From assembly GCA_964474455.1 (NCBI GenBank), contig CAYYSU010000003.1, positions 22,999 to 86,998 of the forward strand: a stretch of DNA of 64,000 bases, in the 5' to 3' direction. Origin of the DNA: an uncultured Bacteroidales bacterium (GTDB lineage: Bacteria > Bacteroidota > Bacteroidia > Bacteroidales > BM520). Under the pieces are notes generated by a model. It saw only the letters and a list, made by a program, of their open reading frames with translations. It searched no databases and was not told the origin of the DNA. The position numbers and the translations under genes are program-made. Shown piece after piece: positions 29,030 through 38,855 of this stretch; the first letter of the stretch is position 1, and each line of letters begins with the position of its first letter.

Positions 29030-32000
29030 TTAATCCACAACTATAAATTTTGTGGTAATCATCTTATTTTTTGAATGGTAAATCATATAATAGAGCCCCG
29101 GCTCGTAGGATGACACATTGATAACACCCTCATGAGCTTCAATGGTAGTAATTCTTTTTCCCACACTATTTACAACAGTTATTTGCTTTGCATCTTTAGG
29201 CAGCTTATAATTTAGTGAGTTTTTAGCAGGATTAGGGTGTAGTGTATGAGGGTTGTCCATACTATCAATTCCGACATTATGATATCTAACTATAGGGTGA
29301 GGTTCTGAACCCGCACCTGTGCCACACTCGCCTTTTGCTGCAACAGATATTTCCGCTACACCCACAAAACCCGGATACCAAACAATCTCAGCATCTGCCA
29401 CTTCAGAGGTTATTGTTCCAGCATCATCGGGTATTAACGTCCAGATATATGAATCAGCGTATTGCACCTCTTCAACCGAGACGGGTGTTATTTCATCGGT
29501 CAGCTTCACCGAGTCGGGTGCGTTTATCTCATCCAGGGTTTCAGGTACGGGGATAACCTCGATATAGTCGGTCATTACCTTTGTATTTGTTCCTCCCGGA
29601 CCGCTAACGGTAAGAGAGACGTCGAAAAGGCCTGCATTATTGTAAAGTATCGGTGGCGGTGTTTGTGTGCTTACCGTAGTTGGCTCTCCGCCCTGGAATT
29701 CCCAGAGCCATGTGTCGGGGTCGTTCGTTGAGACATCCTGAAACAGCACCTGCAAGCCTTCGCAGCCGTCGGTGTTGTCAGCGAGGAATCCTGCCAGGGG
29801 TGATGTATGAGGGGTAAAATCCCATATACCACGACCATAGGTGGCAAAACGCGCGAAATCACCTACCCACTCCACAGACCAGAAAGCCTGGTCAGGAACG
29901 CCGGCGTAAAAAAGGTCTGTCCACTCCCCTGTCATAATATCACATGCAAACGCTCCAATCTCTGTGGCGGCAAAAAGAGTCGTTTCGGAATCATTTAACA
30001 CCATGTCAAAAACAAGTGTCCCGGGAAGGTTATTTCTAAATTCCTCAAAGTTTACTCCTCCATCATAAGATACGAATACGGGACTGGTGGAATATCCGCT
30101 GCCACCAATATAAATGGTGTTGGGGTTATTCTGAGACACGACAATAGAGGCACCGTAGAAATAGTGGCATCCGGGTCCATTAAAACTCTGCGACTTCGTC
30201 CAGTTCACACCATCATTATGAGAGTAGAAAAATCCACCCTCCGAGGTGAGCACATATCTGTTTGCCGGATTCACTTTTGAATACGCCATGGCAGATATCT
30301 GCGCATCGCCGCCCTCACTGAAATCGAAATCCTGCTCAGTATGTGAGATGTAATATCCAGGGCATTGAAGATGGAAGATATGTGAGCCTGAGGTAGTACT
30401 TCCCCCGGCATAGTAGCATGATGCGGGGTCGTAGGGGTCTTCCATCAGCTGAGGCATCCAGAAATGACCTGAACCAATGAAATCCCATGTTTTACTTGCC
30501 GTTCCTGTTACAGCATCGGGGTAATACATTGCGAATCCGGGATAAACACACCAGGAGGAAGCTCCTCCGTCACCGGATACAAGATGGCCATAATCGCCGG
30601 ATATGAGCTGATCAAAATTATAAACATCATCACCGGTTTGTCCGGCCACACTACGCTGATAACCCTGATCCTGAGAGCCGGCATAGATTACATTATGATC
30701 TTGCTCATAGGTCAACGTTGAGTAATACTGGCTGATACGCAGGTTTTCCAGTGAGATATTCTGCACTGTCGCCATATGGTCAGTGCTGATGTATGTTCCG
30801 CCGTCGGTACTGATAAACAGCAGCTCTTCACCGTCAATTTCAAAGGGATTTATTCCCGGCAAATCAGCATGTAGCATCGTCTCCTCATTGCCGTAATACT
30901 CCCACCATTCGTTAACTTTTGTCCATGAAGCGCCACCATCTTCAGAGCGAAAACCGGTAACACCACCAAAGTATAATATGTCAGGATTTATCACCGAAGC
31001 GACGAAAGAGTTGGTGTGAAATGGTCCTTCGTTGACGTTACCACGGGCAGTCCAGCTAATACCACCGTCATCAGAGCCATAAAATGTAGTATAATTATTA
31101 TTTGTTTTTGAAAGATAGAATTTTTTAGTGGTTCCATTGTCAAAACCTGTCAATCGGGCATCTCCGGAAACAGCAGGAAGCTCGCCTATGGGCACCACCT
31201 GATTGTTCTCGTCAATTATACCAAAATTTTCATTTTCAACAATATAGACAGTAGTATTTTGCTTATAGTCACTCCACAGATCAAACTCTGCTTCGCTGCC
31301 AAATTCGGGTTCATCATATTGAAGAATCTTCTCAAAAGACTCACCCAAATCAGTGGATTTATACACACATATGATCTTGTTCCAATTGGTATAATCCCAC
31401 TCCATGGCAAGGGCGTAGAATACGGGGTTGCCGTTATCGATAGTCATAACAGCTCTCTTCATGGTTCCCCAACTTGCCACATTTTCAAGCCCTGTGGTAT
31501 AACTCCATGTCTGTCCCTGGTCATCGGAATAGAGAAAACCTTGTATATTCCAGGATTTGGAAGCGATACACCAGCGTTCGCCATCGTTATGCGGGATGCG
31601 ACGAAAAAAATGAGCTCCGGTAATTTGAAAATGATCGTTAACACACTGCCAGTCATTATTACTCGGAGTGCCTCTCCAGATATTCCCGCCGGATGTTATG
31701 AGATATACTTCACCGGTTTCATGGTCATAATCGCAAAGATGAGTTCTTCCTGCCAGATTATTGGATCCTACCTCCGACCATGTTCCGGTAATATTTTTTG
31801 TGCCCACAGGATTCTCAAGTCTCGTAATCCTGCTTTCCATATCCATCTGCTTCCAGTTAGTTCCGGAATCAGCTCGGTGCATGGCGTCAAACCACTCCTG
31901 TTTTTTAATAAAATGACCTTCGTCTTCCCCGTCAACAATAACTGTCTCCACCGGCTGAGGCATAGATATATCCATTCTTTGGATAGAGTAAAGTGTTATT

Positions 32001-32044
32001 CCGATGATAAGTACGGGCAACAAAAACAGGAGTATCTTCTTCAT
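29030..32044 (-). CDS. BNR/VPS10-type beta-propeller protein with PKD domain and T9SS sorting domain
   Basis: Asp-box repeats (YSDDQGQTW, KSTDLGESF, GSDDGGISW, RSEDGGASW, YSHNDGVNW, VSYDGGVNF); PKD F.DVS...W.WEF.GG.P...Y...G.FDVSLTV; LHPNPA...GLYYMI. Confidence 0.88.
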   Translation of the reverse strand: MKKILLFLLPVLIIGITLYSIQRMDISMPQPVETVIVDGEDEGHFIKKQEWFDAMHRADSGTNWKQMDMESRITRLENPVGTKNITGTWSEVGSNNLAGRTHLCDYDHETGEVYLITSGGNIWRGTPSNNDWQCVNDHFQITGAHFFRRIPHNDGERWCIASKSWNIQGFLYSDDQGQTWSYTTGLENVASWGTMKRAVMTIDNGNPVFYALAMEWDYTNWNKIICVYKSTDLGESFEKILQYDEPEFGSEAEFDLWSDYKQNTTVYIVENENFGIIDENNQVVPIGELPAVSGDARLTGFDNGTTKKFYLSKTNNNYTTFYGSDDGGISWTARGNVNEGPFHTNSFVASVINPDILYFGGVTGFRSEDGGASWTKVNEWWEYYGNEETMLHADLPGINPFEIDGEELLFISTDGGTYISTDHMATVQNISLENLRISQYYSTLTYEQDHNVIYAGSQDQGYQRSVAGQTGDDVYNFDQLISGDYGHLVSGDGGASSWCVYPGFAMYYPDAVTGTASKTWDFIGSGHFWMPQLMEDPYDPASCYYAGGSTTSGSHIFHLQCPGYYISHTEQDFDFSEGGDAQISAMAYSKVNPANRYVLTSEGGFFYSHNDGVNWTKSQSFNGPGCHYFYGASIVVSQNNPNTIYIGGSGYSTSPVFVSYDGGVNFEEFRNNLPGTLVFDMVLNDSETTLFAATEIGAFACDIMTGEWTDLFYAGVPDQAFWSVEWVGDFARFATYGRGIWDFTPHTSPLAGFLADNTDGCEGLQVLFQDVSTNDPDTWLWEFQGGEPTTVSTQTPPPILYNNAGLFDVSLTVSGPGGTNTKVMTDYIEVIPVPETLDEINAPDSVKLTDEITPVSVEEVQYADSYIWTLIPDDAGTITSEVADAEIVWYPGFVGVAEISVAAKGECGTGAGSEPHPIVRYHNVGIDSMDNPHTLHPNPAKNSLNYKLPKDAKQITVVNSVGKRITTIEAHEGVINVSSYEPGLYYMIYHSKNKMITTKFIVVD

Positions 32045-32050
32045 AATGAA

Positions 32051-33181
32051 CTATTTATTTCGGAAGTTCTTAACGAAACATCTTTTTCTTTTATGCTGAA
32101 TATGCTTGTAATTTTTCCAATGCTTAATAGCCTTGTGGTTTGTTTCAAAAATTCCTGTTGTCTCAACGGTCTCCACACCATCGCGTATGAGTACCTGTTG
32201 TAATTCATTTATCAGCAGAGCACTAACACCTTTACCCTGATATTCAGGCAATACGCCGGAAAGGAACAGGTCTACTACTTCGGGTTTTTTCTTTGCTTTA
32301 AGTATTTTAGAAGCATTGAAAATGGTAATCTTTCCATTCACCTCCTGCATCGCTTCTGACAGCGAAGGTACCCCGATAATAAACCCCACAACGTTTTCAT
32401 CCGCGTTGGTAATTATTTTTATATAATCAGGTTTCATTGCAGACATATAACGGTTCATGTAGTAATCAACGACATTTTTATTCATTTCCACAACGGAGAA
32501 AAGATCGACAAAGGCTTCATTAAAAGTTTTAAACAGCCTGTGAACCCATGGTTTTACATCTTTAGTCTTTTTAAAATGCACCACATTAAGCTTATATCTT
32601 TCTTTTACCATCGCCGCTAGCCGTTCAGCTTTTTCCGGAATCGTTTTCTCCAGCGTCAGCCGAAACTCAAGCCAATCGATCTGCTTTTTATAGTGCAATC
32701 GTTGCAGATGTTTTCTATAATAATCCATGTGGTACTCAGAAGCGATGGAAGGCATATAGTCAAATCCCTCCACAAGCATTCCCTGATGGTCAAGGTTGGT
32801 GAATCCCAGAGGACCTTCGACACCCTTCATTCCCTTCTCTTTAAGCCAGTTTTCGGCGGTAGAAAACAGAAGATCAACAACTTCTGTGTCGTCGATAAAC
32901 TCCGCCCGTGTGAAACGTCCGGTATTTTTTCTTGTTTTTTCAATTGATTTATGATGCACCATCGCACCAATTCTGCCCACAAGCTTGTCATCTTGGTATG
33001 CAACCCAAAATTTTGCATCTACAAATTTAAAACATGGATTCTTCGCCGGAAGTAGAGCGTTAAACTCATCCTTCTTTATGGGTGGAACCCAATAAGAATT
33101 CCATTCGTAAATAATAAAAGGAACTTCCACAAAGTCCTTCAGAACTTTTTTTGTATTGGCCTCAACAATTCTAATTGACAT
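32051..33181 (-). CDS. GNAT-fold (YghO-like) protein
   Basis: YWVPP, VGRIGA, AENWLKEKGM..VEGPLGFTNLDHQGMLVEGF, SGVLPEYQGKGV acetyl-CoA-binding-like motif. Confidence 0.7.
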   Translation of the reverse strand: MSIRIVEANTKKVLKDFVEVPFIIYEWNSYWVPPIKKDEFNALLPAKNPCFKFVDAKFWVAYQDDKLVGRIGAMVHHKSIEKTRKNTGRFTRAEFIDDTEVVDLLFSTAENWLKEKGMKGVEGPLGFTNLDHQGMLVEGFDYMPSIASEYHMDYYRKHLQRLHYKKQIDWLEFRLTLEKTIPEKAERLAAMVKERYKLNVVHFKKTKDVKPWVHRLFKTFNEAFVDLFSVVEMNKNVVDYYMNRYMSAMKPDYIKIITNADENVVGFIIGVPSLSEAMQEVNGKITIFNASKILKAKKKPEVVDLFLSGVLPEYQGKGVSALLINELQQVLIRDGVETVETTGIFETNHKAIKHWKNYKHIQHKRKRCFVKNFRNK

Positions 33182-33268
33182 GATAATAATATTTGATATG
33201 CAAATATATGTAAAAGAGGACGGAAATATTTCAGCATGTAAATATAAAATGATTTGTACATTTGAGAA

Positions 33269-33829
33269 ATGGAATTCTTCACAATAATCTTTATAGCAGT
33301 GGGACTGTCGATGGATAGCCTTGCGGTATCATTTGCCAGCGGACTGTGTCTTGGTAAAGTTCGATTTAGGGATGCTATTACTATTGCCCTGACCTTTGGA
33401 ATTTTCCATATTGTAATGCCTTTACTTGGCTATCTTGCCGGATATAGTTTTCATGAATATGCCAAAGAGTGGGATCATTGGATTGCTTTTATTCTATTGA
33501 TGTTTCTGGGAATACGAATGATTATGGATGGTCTTAAAGAACGAGAAACCAACTGTTTTGATCCACGAAGGCTCAAAACACGTTTGTCGCTGGCTTTGGG
33601 AACATCTATTGATGCTTTTGCTGTGGGAATAAGCTTCGCCTTACTCGATATGAATATTGTTATGTCGTGCGTGATAATAGGAGTTACCACAGCAATTATT
33701 TCTCTTTTCGGAATATATGCAGGTCAAAAAATTAACACCAAAAATCTTCGTGTGGAGATTGTCGGTGGTACCATATTGATTGTTATAGGGATAAAAATCC
33801 TGGCGGAACACCTTATAAATAATATATAA
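33269..33829 (+). CDS. mntP: Manganese efflux pump MntP
   Basis: Two repeats GLSMDSLAVS and GTSIDAFAVG; six hydrophobic segments; EIVGG.ILI.IG.KIL.EH. Confidence 0.9.
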   Translation: MEFFTIIFIAVGLSMDSLAVSFASGLCLGKVRFRDAITIALTFGIFHIVMPLLGYLAGYSFHEYAKEWDHWIAFILLMFLGIRMIMDGLKERETNCFDPRRLKTRLSLALGTSIDAFAVGISFALLDMNIVMSCVIIGVTTAIISLFGIYAGQKINTKNLRVEIVGGTILIVIGIKILAEHLINNI

Positions 33830-33902
33830 TAGCACTATTGTCCGGTTATTAACATAAAAGTGAAGTTCTCTTTCCTGACAACAGTACTATTTATATCTCT
33901 GG

Positions 33903-34346
33903 TTAATTTACTCTAAACCATGTTTGAGTTCTGTAAAGAAACCCGATATATCCTCTGACTTTCAATTCTTTAGGGTCGTCTTCATTAAGGTAAATCTTAC
34001 AGTCATACCATTTCCCGTTTTCCGGATCGATGATACCATCGTCCTTGTACCAATCATCCTTTCTCTCTTTTAATCCATTAATAATCTGCATTCCAATAAT
34101 CTTCTGATTTTTCAGTTTGCCTTCACATTTTGTACACAATGGATCAGGATCTTCACCAGGTTCTTTATAGAGTTTTATTATTGTACCATATAGATACCCG
34201 TCTTTTATTTCTATCTGTACTTCTGATTTTGTCTTGCCTGACTCATCGTCAACTGTTTTCCAAATACCTTCAACAGACTGTGCCTGTATAGAGAAAGTGA
34301 TAAAAATTAACGATAAAATTGTACAAGTTCTGATCATGGTTTTCAT
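33903..34346 (-). CDS. DUF2147 family exported protein
   Basis: G.WKTVDDESGKTKSEV.I, C.KC.G, IIGMQI, IIDPENGK.YDCK, VRGYIG..YRTQTW.R; start set at MKTM (34346), with TATATTTG on the minus strand at 34385-34378. Confidence 0.88.
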   Translation of the reverse strand: MKTMIRTCTILSLIFITFSIQAQSVEGIWKTVDDESGKTKSEVQIEIKDGYLYGTIIKLYKEPGEDPDPLCTKCEGKLKNQKIIGMQIINGLKERKDDWYKDDGIIDPENGKWYDCKIYLNEDDPKELKVRGYIGFLYRTQTWFRVN

Positions 34347-34501
34347 ACCGGTTAGTTTTAGTTTTGAATTATGATTCCAAATATATAAAAAAACGGACAT
34401 AAACACACATCACTCATAGTTTCTCTGGTTGGGGAAGGCATTATTGCCTATCCATTTTTTCAATTCTATTTCGTAGTTTTGTTTTTCTCAAAAATGATCC
34501 A

Positions 34502-35719
34502 ATGAAAATCCTACATACATCAGACTGGCATCTTGGAAAAAGGCTAAATAATATTTCACGGTTGGAAGAGCAAACAGCTGTTATGGATGAGATTTGTACC
34601 ATTGCCAATGACCATGAAGTAGATGCCGTTGTCATTGCGGGTGATATTTTCGACACTTACAACCCTCCCACCGAGGCGATGGAGCTGTTTTACCGAACAG
34701 TCAAGCGTCTCGCCGGAGATGGTACGAGAGCTGTTATTGCCATGGCCGGCAACCACGACTCACCCGACAGGATTACGGCTCCCGATGTGCTTGCCCGTGA
34801 GTGCGGAATAATCCTGGCAGGTTATCCCAAAACGGTGATAACAACCTTCAAGCTGGAAACAGGACTCGAGGTAATAAATTCCGATGGAGGTTATTGCGAA
34901 ATCAAAATCCCCGGATGTGATAAAACACTACGGGCTATTCTAACGCCTTATGCCAACGAATACCGTATGAAAACAATGCTGGAGTCTGATAATGAAGATA
35001 ATGAATTTCGTGATATACTGAAAGAACACTGGGCTTCACTAGCAGAAAAATATTGTGACCAAAACGGTGTGAATATTCTGGTGACGCATCTTTTTATGAT
35101 ACCCAAAGGCAGCGAGATGCCGGAAGAGCCGGATGACGAAAAACCTATTCTTCATGCCGGCGGTGTTCAGGCGGTGTTCTCTGAAGCAGTGCCAAAGCAG
35201 ATACATTATACAGCGCTGGGACACCTGCACCGTCCTCAAAATATGAGTTTGCACGAAACTGTCATACGCTACTCAGGAAGTCCGGTGGCATACAGCTTTA
35301 GCGAAGCAGAGCAGAAAAAATCGGTTACCATAGTATCCTTTGAAAATAATCTCGCAGAGTCACAAACTGTTGCACTTAAAGGCGGAAAAGAGCTCCTCAG
35401 GCTTAAGTTCAATTCGGTGGAAGAGGCTTTGACACAGCTGCCTGAACACGAAGGAAAACTAATAGAACTAACCATATCATCGGATAACTACCTTACAGCG
35501 GTGGAGCGACGTAGCCTGGAGGAAGCCAATAGCGGTATCGTATCCATCATTCCTGATATACAACTCACCGACGAAGACCTCATCACTAAAAAGGCCTCTA
35601 TTGATGTATCAAAAAATATTAATGACCTCTTCGCTTCATTTTTTGAATCCAGAACAGGTCAGACGCCCAATGAGGAGCTAACAGAACTGTTTAAAGAAAT
35701 TACATCTGTAAAATTATGA
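34502..35719 (+). CDS. sbcD: Exonuclease SbcCD subunit D
   Basis: LHTSDWHLGK, AGDIFD, AGNHDS, HLF, YTALGHLH, YSGSP..YSFSE. Confidence 0.95.
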   Translation: MKILHTSDWHLGKRLNNISRLEEQTAVMDEICTIANDHEVDAVVIAGDIFDTYNPPTEAMELFYRTVKRLAGDGTRAVIAMAGNHDSPDRITAPDVLARECGIILAGYPKTVITTFKLETGLEVINSDGGYCEIKIPGCDKTLRAILTPYANEYRMKTMLESDNEDNEFRDILKEHWASLAEKYCDQNGVNILVTHLFMIPKGSEMPEEPDDEKPILHAGGVQAVFSEAVPKQIHYTALGHLHRPQNMSLHETVIRYSGSPVAYSFSEAEQKKSVTIVSFENNLAESQTVALKGGKELLRLKFNSVEEALTQLPEHEGKLIELTISSDNYLTAVERRSLEEANSGIVSIIPDIQLTDEDLITKKASIDVSKNINDLFASFFESRTGQTPNEELTELFKEITSVKL

Positions 35720-38700
35720 TACCGGAAAAACTCATTATTCAAGGTCTTTACTCCTATCAGGAGAAACAGGTTATTGATTTTAAGACATTGACAGATGCAA
35801 AGCTGTTTGGAATCTTTGGGCATGTGGGCAGTGGCAAGTCCACTATCCTGGAGGCGATGATTTTTTCCCTTTACGGAAAGACAGATCGTATCGGCGTAAA
35901 TCAATATCGCAATTACAATATGATGAACCTCCGCTGCGACCAACTTTTAATAGAATTTTTATTCAGCATCAAAGGAAAACCTTTCCGCACCAAAGTGAAG
36001 TCGCGCAGGAACAGCAAAAATTTTGAGGATGTAAGAAAATATAACAGAACAGCATATACTTTTGAAAACGATGAATGGCTGCCCATTGAACAGCACGAAT
36101 TGGAAGATGCCCTAGGACTGGATTACGATAATTTTAAGCGCGCTGTGATAATTCCCCAGGGGAAATTTCAGGAGTTCATCACTCTCTCGGTGTCCGAACG
36201 CACCAAGATGATTCAGGAGCTTTTTGATCTGGAGCAATTCGAGTTGTCGCAGCACACATCAAAACTATTAAACGAATGTCAGGCCGATATTCAAAAAATA
36301 AACGGGAAGCTTGAGGAGTTGATTATTCCTGTAGAAGAGGAATATAAAACCCTGAAAAATGATTTAAAAACCATCTCCTCAGAACTTAAAGTATTAAATC
36401 AGGTAATAAAAGATAAAAGTCTTATTATTAACGGATTCGATAACCTAAAAAACTGGAATGAACAGAGGGAAACTTTAATCATAAAACAAAAAGTTCTTAA
36501 GGAGCTTTCCGCAGAGATAAATAAGAAAATAGTGTTCCTTGAGCACTATAAATACTGCTCATCACATTTCGATAAACTTATTTCTGAGGAAGAAAGAGTT
36601 AAGAATGAAATAGCAGTTCTTGAACTAAAGATAACTGAAAACAGGGAAAAACAGACACGGCAACAAGAGGAAAAAGCCACCTTCCAAAAGCACTTCTCTA
36701 CATTGAAGGAGTGCTATGACCGTAAAGACATTTTGAGACGAAAGGAAGATGCGGCAACGGCCTTGATGGTAATTAGAAAGAATAAAAAAGTGATCAGTGA
36801 AGAGAGTGATAAGATCTCCACTGCAAATAAATTCATTGCCAATCTAACAAATAACATTCAAGTTTCAGATAATCAAATCACTAAACTAAAGAGAGAGGTT
36901 ACTGATTTAAAAAAAACGCTTCAGGATAACAAGATGCTTAACCGTGCCGACGTGTGGCATAACGAAATGAAAAATCTTAGGGCCGGAATAACTCCTTATC
37001 ATAATCAGGTTGAGAAAAATAGAGAAGAGATACAGGATCTCTCACATAAGATTAAAGAGACTGCCGATAGCATAAAACCCGGCATTGATATCAAACTCAT
37101 TGAACCACAAATTGATGAGATGCTTAATAAGCTACAGTTAGAGATTGATCGTGATCAAGATAACAAGCAAATTCTTATTACAAACAGCAAAATCCGTGAG
37201 ATGTCTGTCAGCCTGAAAGACGGAGAGCCTTGCCCGTTATGTGGAGCCCTTGAACATCCCGGATTGCCGGAAAAAAAGAAGACAGACACCCTTCTTGATG
37301 ATCTCAATAACAAGATCAATAAAAATCAAATACAGCAAGATAAAATCAGAACGACGTTCATGGAATTAAACTCGATGCTGAGAATCCGCGAGTCATTGAT
37401 ACGGCAAAACGCCGAATCCGAAAGGCAGATTGCCACTATAAATAAGGATATTAATGCCCATAAGGAAAGTTTTTGCTTCCCGGGGTATGAAACAGCAGAC
37501 GCTCTTTCAAAAGCTAAAGCGGATTTCAATGATAAAACAGAGAAGATTGACAAACTCAATGAGCAAAGCGACATACTGGCTAAGGATAAAGAGGCCGAAA
37601 GTTCGCGGCTTGAGAGAGCGAAACAAAAACTGCGTGACATAGAGAAAAAGATCAGTGATTTAACAACGCAGACCGAAGTACATTACAACCTTCATAAAAG
37701 TTACCTCCCTGAAAATCATAAAGTTGCAAGTGACGAAATGCTCAAAAAACATATTTATGATCTGAATCAACTGACCGATGGAATTGAGCAAAAATATGAA
37801 GAGAGCAAGCAGTATCTGGATAAAATAGACTCGGGAATAAGTACCCTCAACGGTATAATAACCAGTGACAATCATCGCCTGGACAATTATAAAGCTGAAA
37901 TAGATAAGACAAAGAGAGTTTTGGATAAAAAAATTGCAGGATCGAGCTTTGTCTCTGTAATTCAGGTACGTGAGATACTGTCACGCCGGAAAGATGTTGA
38001 AAAGTTTCAATCCGAGGTTGAGAAATACAATGAAAGAGTAGTTGTAAATTCCACGGAGCTGAAGGGCTGTGAGGAGAAAATCGCAGGTCGGAAATATAAT
38101 CGTGAGGAGCATGAAGTAATGCAGCACGAGCATGAGGCGATGCTTCAGAAAAGAGATTCTCAAAACCGGATGTATGGTGAGAAAGAGACGATGCTTCAGA
38201 TATTCGACAGGAATATTATTCAGTCAGGAACCCTGGGCAAAGAGTTAAAAACACAGCAGAAACGCAAAGAGAACCTGGAGCTCATGAAGAGTTTATTCCG
38301 TGGAAGCGGATTTGTAAATTATATCAGCACGGTATATCTAACTCAATTGGTGAACCATGCCAATATTCGTTTTAGACATATGACACGTCAGCATCTCAAA
38401 CTGGAATTATCTGACAATAATGAGTTTCTGGTGAGAGATTTTCTGAACGGCGGTAATCTGAGAAGCGTAAAAACACTTTCCGGCGGCCAAACGTTCCAGT
38501 GCGCTCTGTCGCTGGCATTGGCGCTCTCCGACAGCGTGCAACAGCGCAACAAGGCCGAACACAACTTCTTCTTCCTGGATGAAGGCTTTGGAGCACTTGA
38601 CAAGGAGGCGCTGGAGGTGGTATTTAAAACGCTAAAAAACCTGCAAAAAGAGAACCGGATCGTGGGGATAATATCACACGTTGACGAGATGCAGCAGGAG

Positions 38701-38769
38701 GTAGAGATAAACCTAAAGGTCATCAATGACCCGGAGCGTGGTTCACTGATAATCAATAGCTGGGAGTAA
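35716..38769 (+). CDS. sbcC: SMC-family ATPase SbcC
   Basis: Walker A GHVGSGKST, IPQGKFQEF, long coiled coils, Zn hook CPLCG, LSGGQ signature, FFLDEGFG, IISHV; ATGA overlap with sbcD. Confidence 0.95.
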   Translation: MIPEKLIIQGLYSYQEKQVIDFKTLTDAKLFGIFGHVGSGKSTILEAMIFSLYGKTDRIGVNQYRNYNMMNLRCDQLLIEFLFSIKGKPFRTKVKSRRNSKNFEDVRKYNRTAYTFENDEWLPIEQHELEDALGLDYDNFKRAVIIPQGKFQEFITLSVSERTKMIQELFDLEQFELSQHTSKLLNECQADIQKINGKLEELIIPVEEEYKTLKNDLKTISSELKVLNQVIKDKSLIINGFDNLKNWNEQRETLIIKQKVLKELSAEINKKIVFLEHYKYCSSHFDKLISEEERVKNEIAVLELKITENREKQTRQQEEKATFQKHFSTLKECYDRKDILRRKEDAATALMVIRKNKKVISEESDKISTANKFIANLTNNIQVSDNQITKLKREVTDLKKTLQDNKMLNRADVWHNEMKNLRAGITPYHNQVEKNREEIQDLSHKIKETADSIKPGIDIKLIEPQIDEMLNKLQLEIDRDQDNKQILITNSKIREMSVSLKDGEPCPLCGALEHPGLPEKKKTDTLLDDLNNKINKNQIQQDKIRTTFMELNSMLRIRESLIRQNAESERQIATINKDINAHKESFCFPGYETADALSKAKADFNDKTEKIDKLNEQSDILAKDKEAESSRLERAKQKLRDIEKKISDLTTQTEVHYNLHKSYLPENHKVASDEMLKKHIYDLNQLTDGIEQKYEESKQYLDKIDSGISTLNGIITSDNHRLDNYKAEIDKTKRVLDKKIAGSSFVSVIQVREILSRRKDVEKFQSEVEKYNERVVVNSTELKGCEEKIAGRKYNREEHEVMQHEHEAMLQKRDSQNRMYGEKETMLQIFDRNIIQSGTLGKELKTQQKRKENLELMKSLFRGSGFVNYISTVYLTQLVNHANIRFRHMTRQHLKLELSDNNEFLVRDFLNGGNLRSVKTLSGGQTFQCALSLALALSDSVQQRNKAEHNFFFLDEGFGALDKEALEVVFKTLKNLQKENRIVGIISHVDEMQQEVEINLKVINDPERGSLIINSWE

Positions 38770-38829
38770 TACAGTGTTATTGGTTGATAACTCCTGAAAG
38801 AGGCTGTTGGAAGTTTTGCAGTTCAACAG

Positions 38830-38837
38830 TACCTTTG
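38830..38837 (+). promoter_or_regulatory. -7 element TACCTTTG for the BatA-domain gene
   Basis: Matches TAnnTTTG 18 nt upstream of ATG 38856, supporting that start over 38784. Confidence 0.6.
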
Positions 38838-38855
38838 CACGAAAATGTCTGCTAT

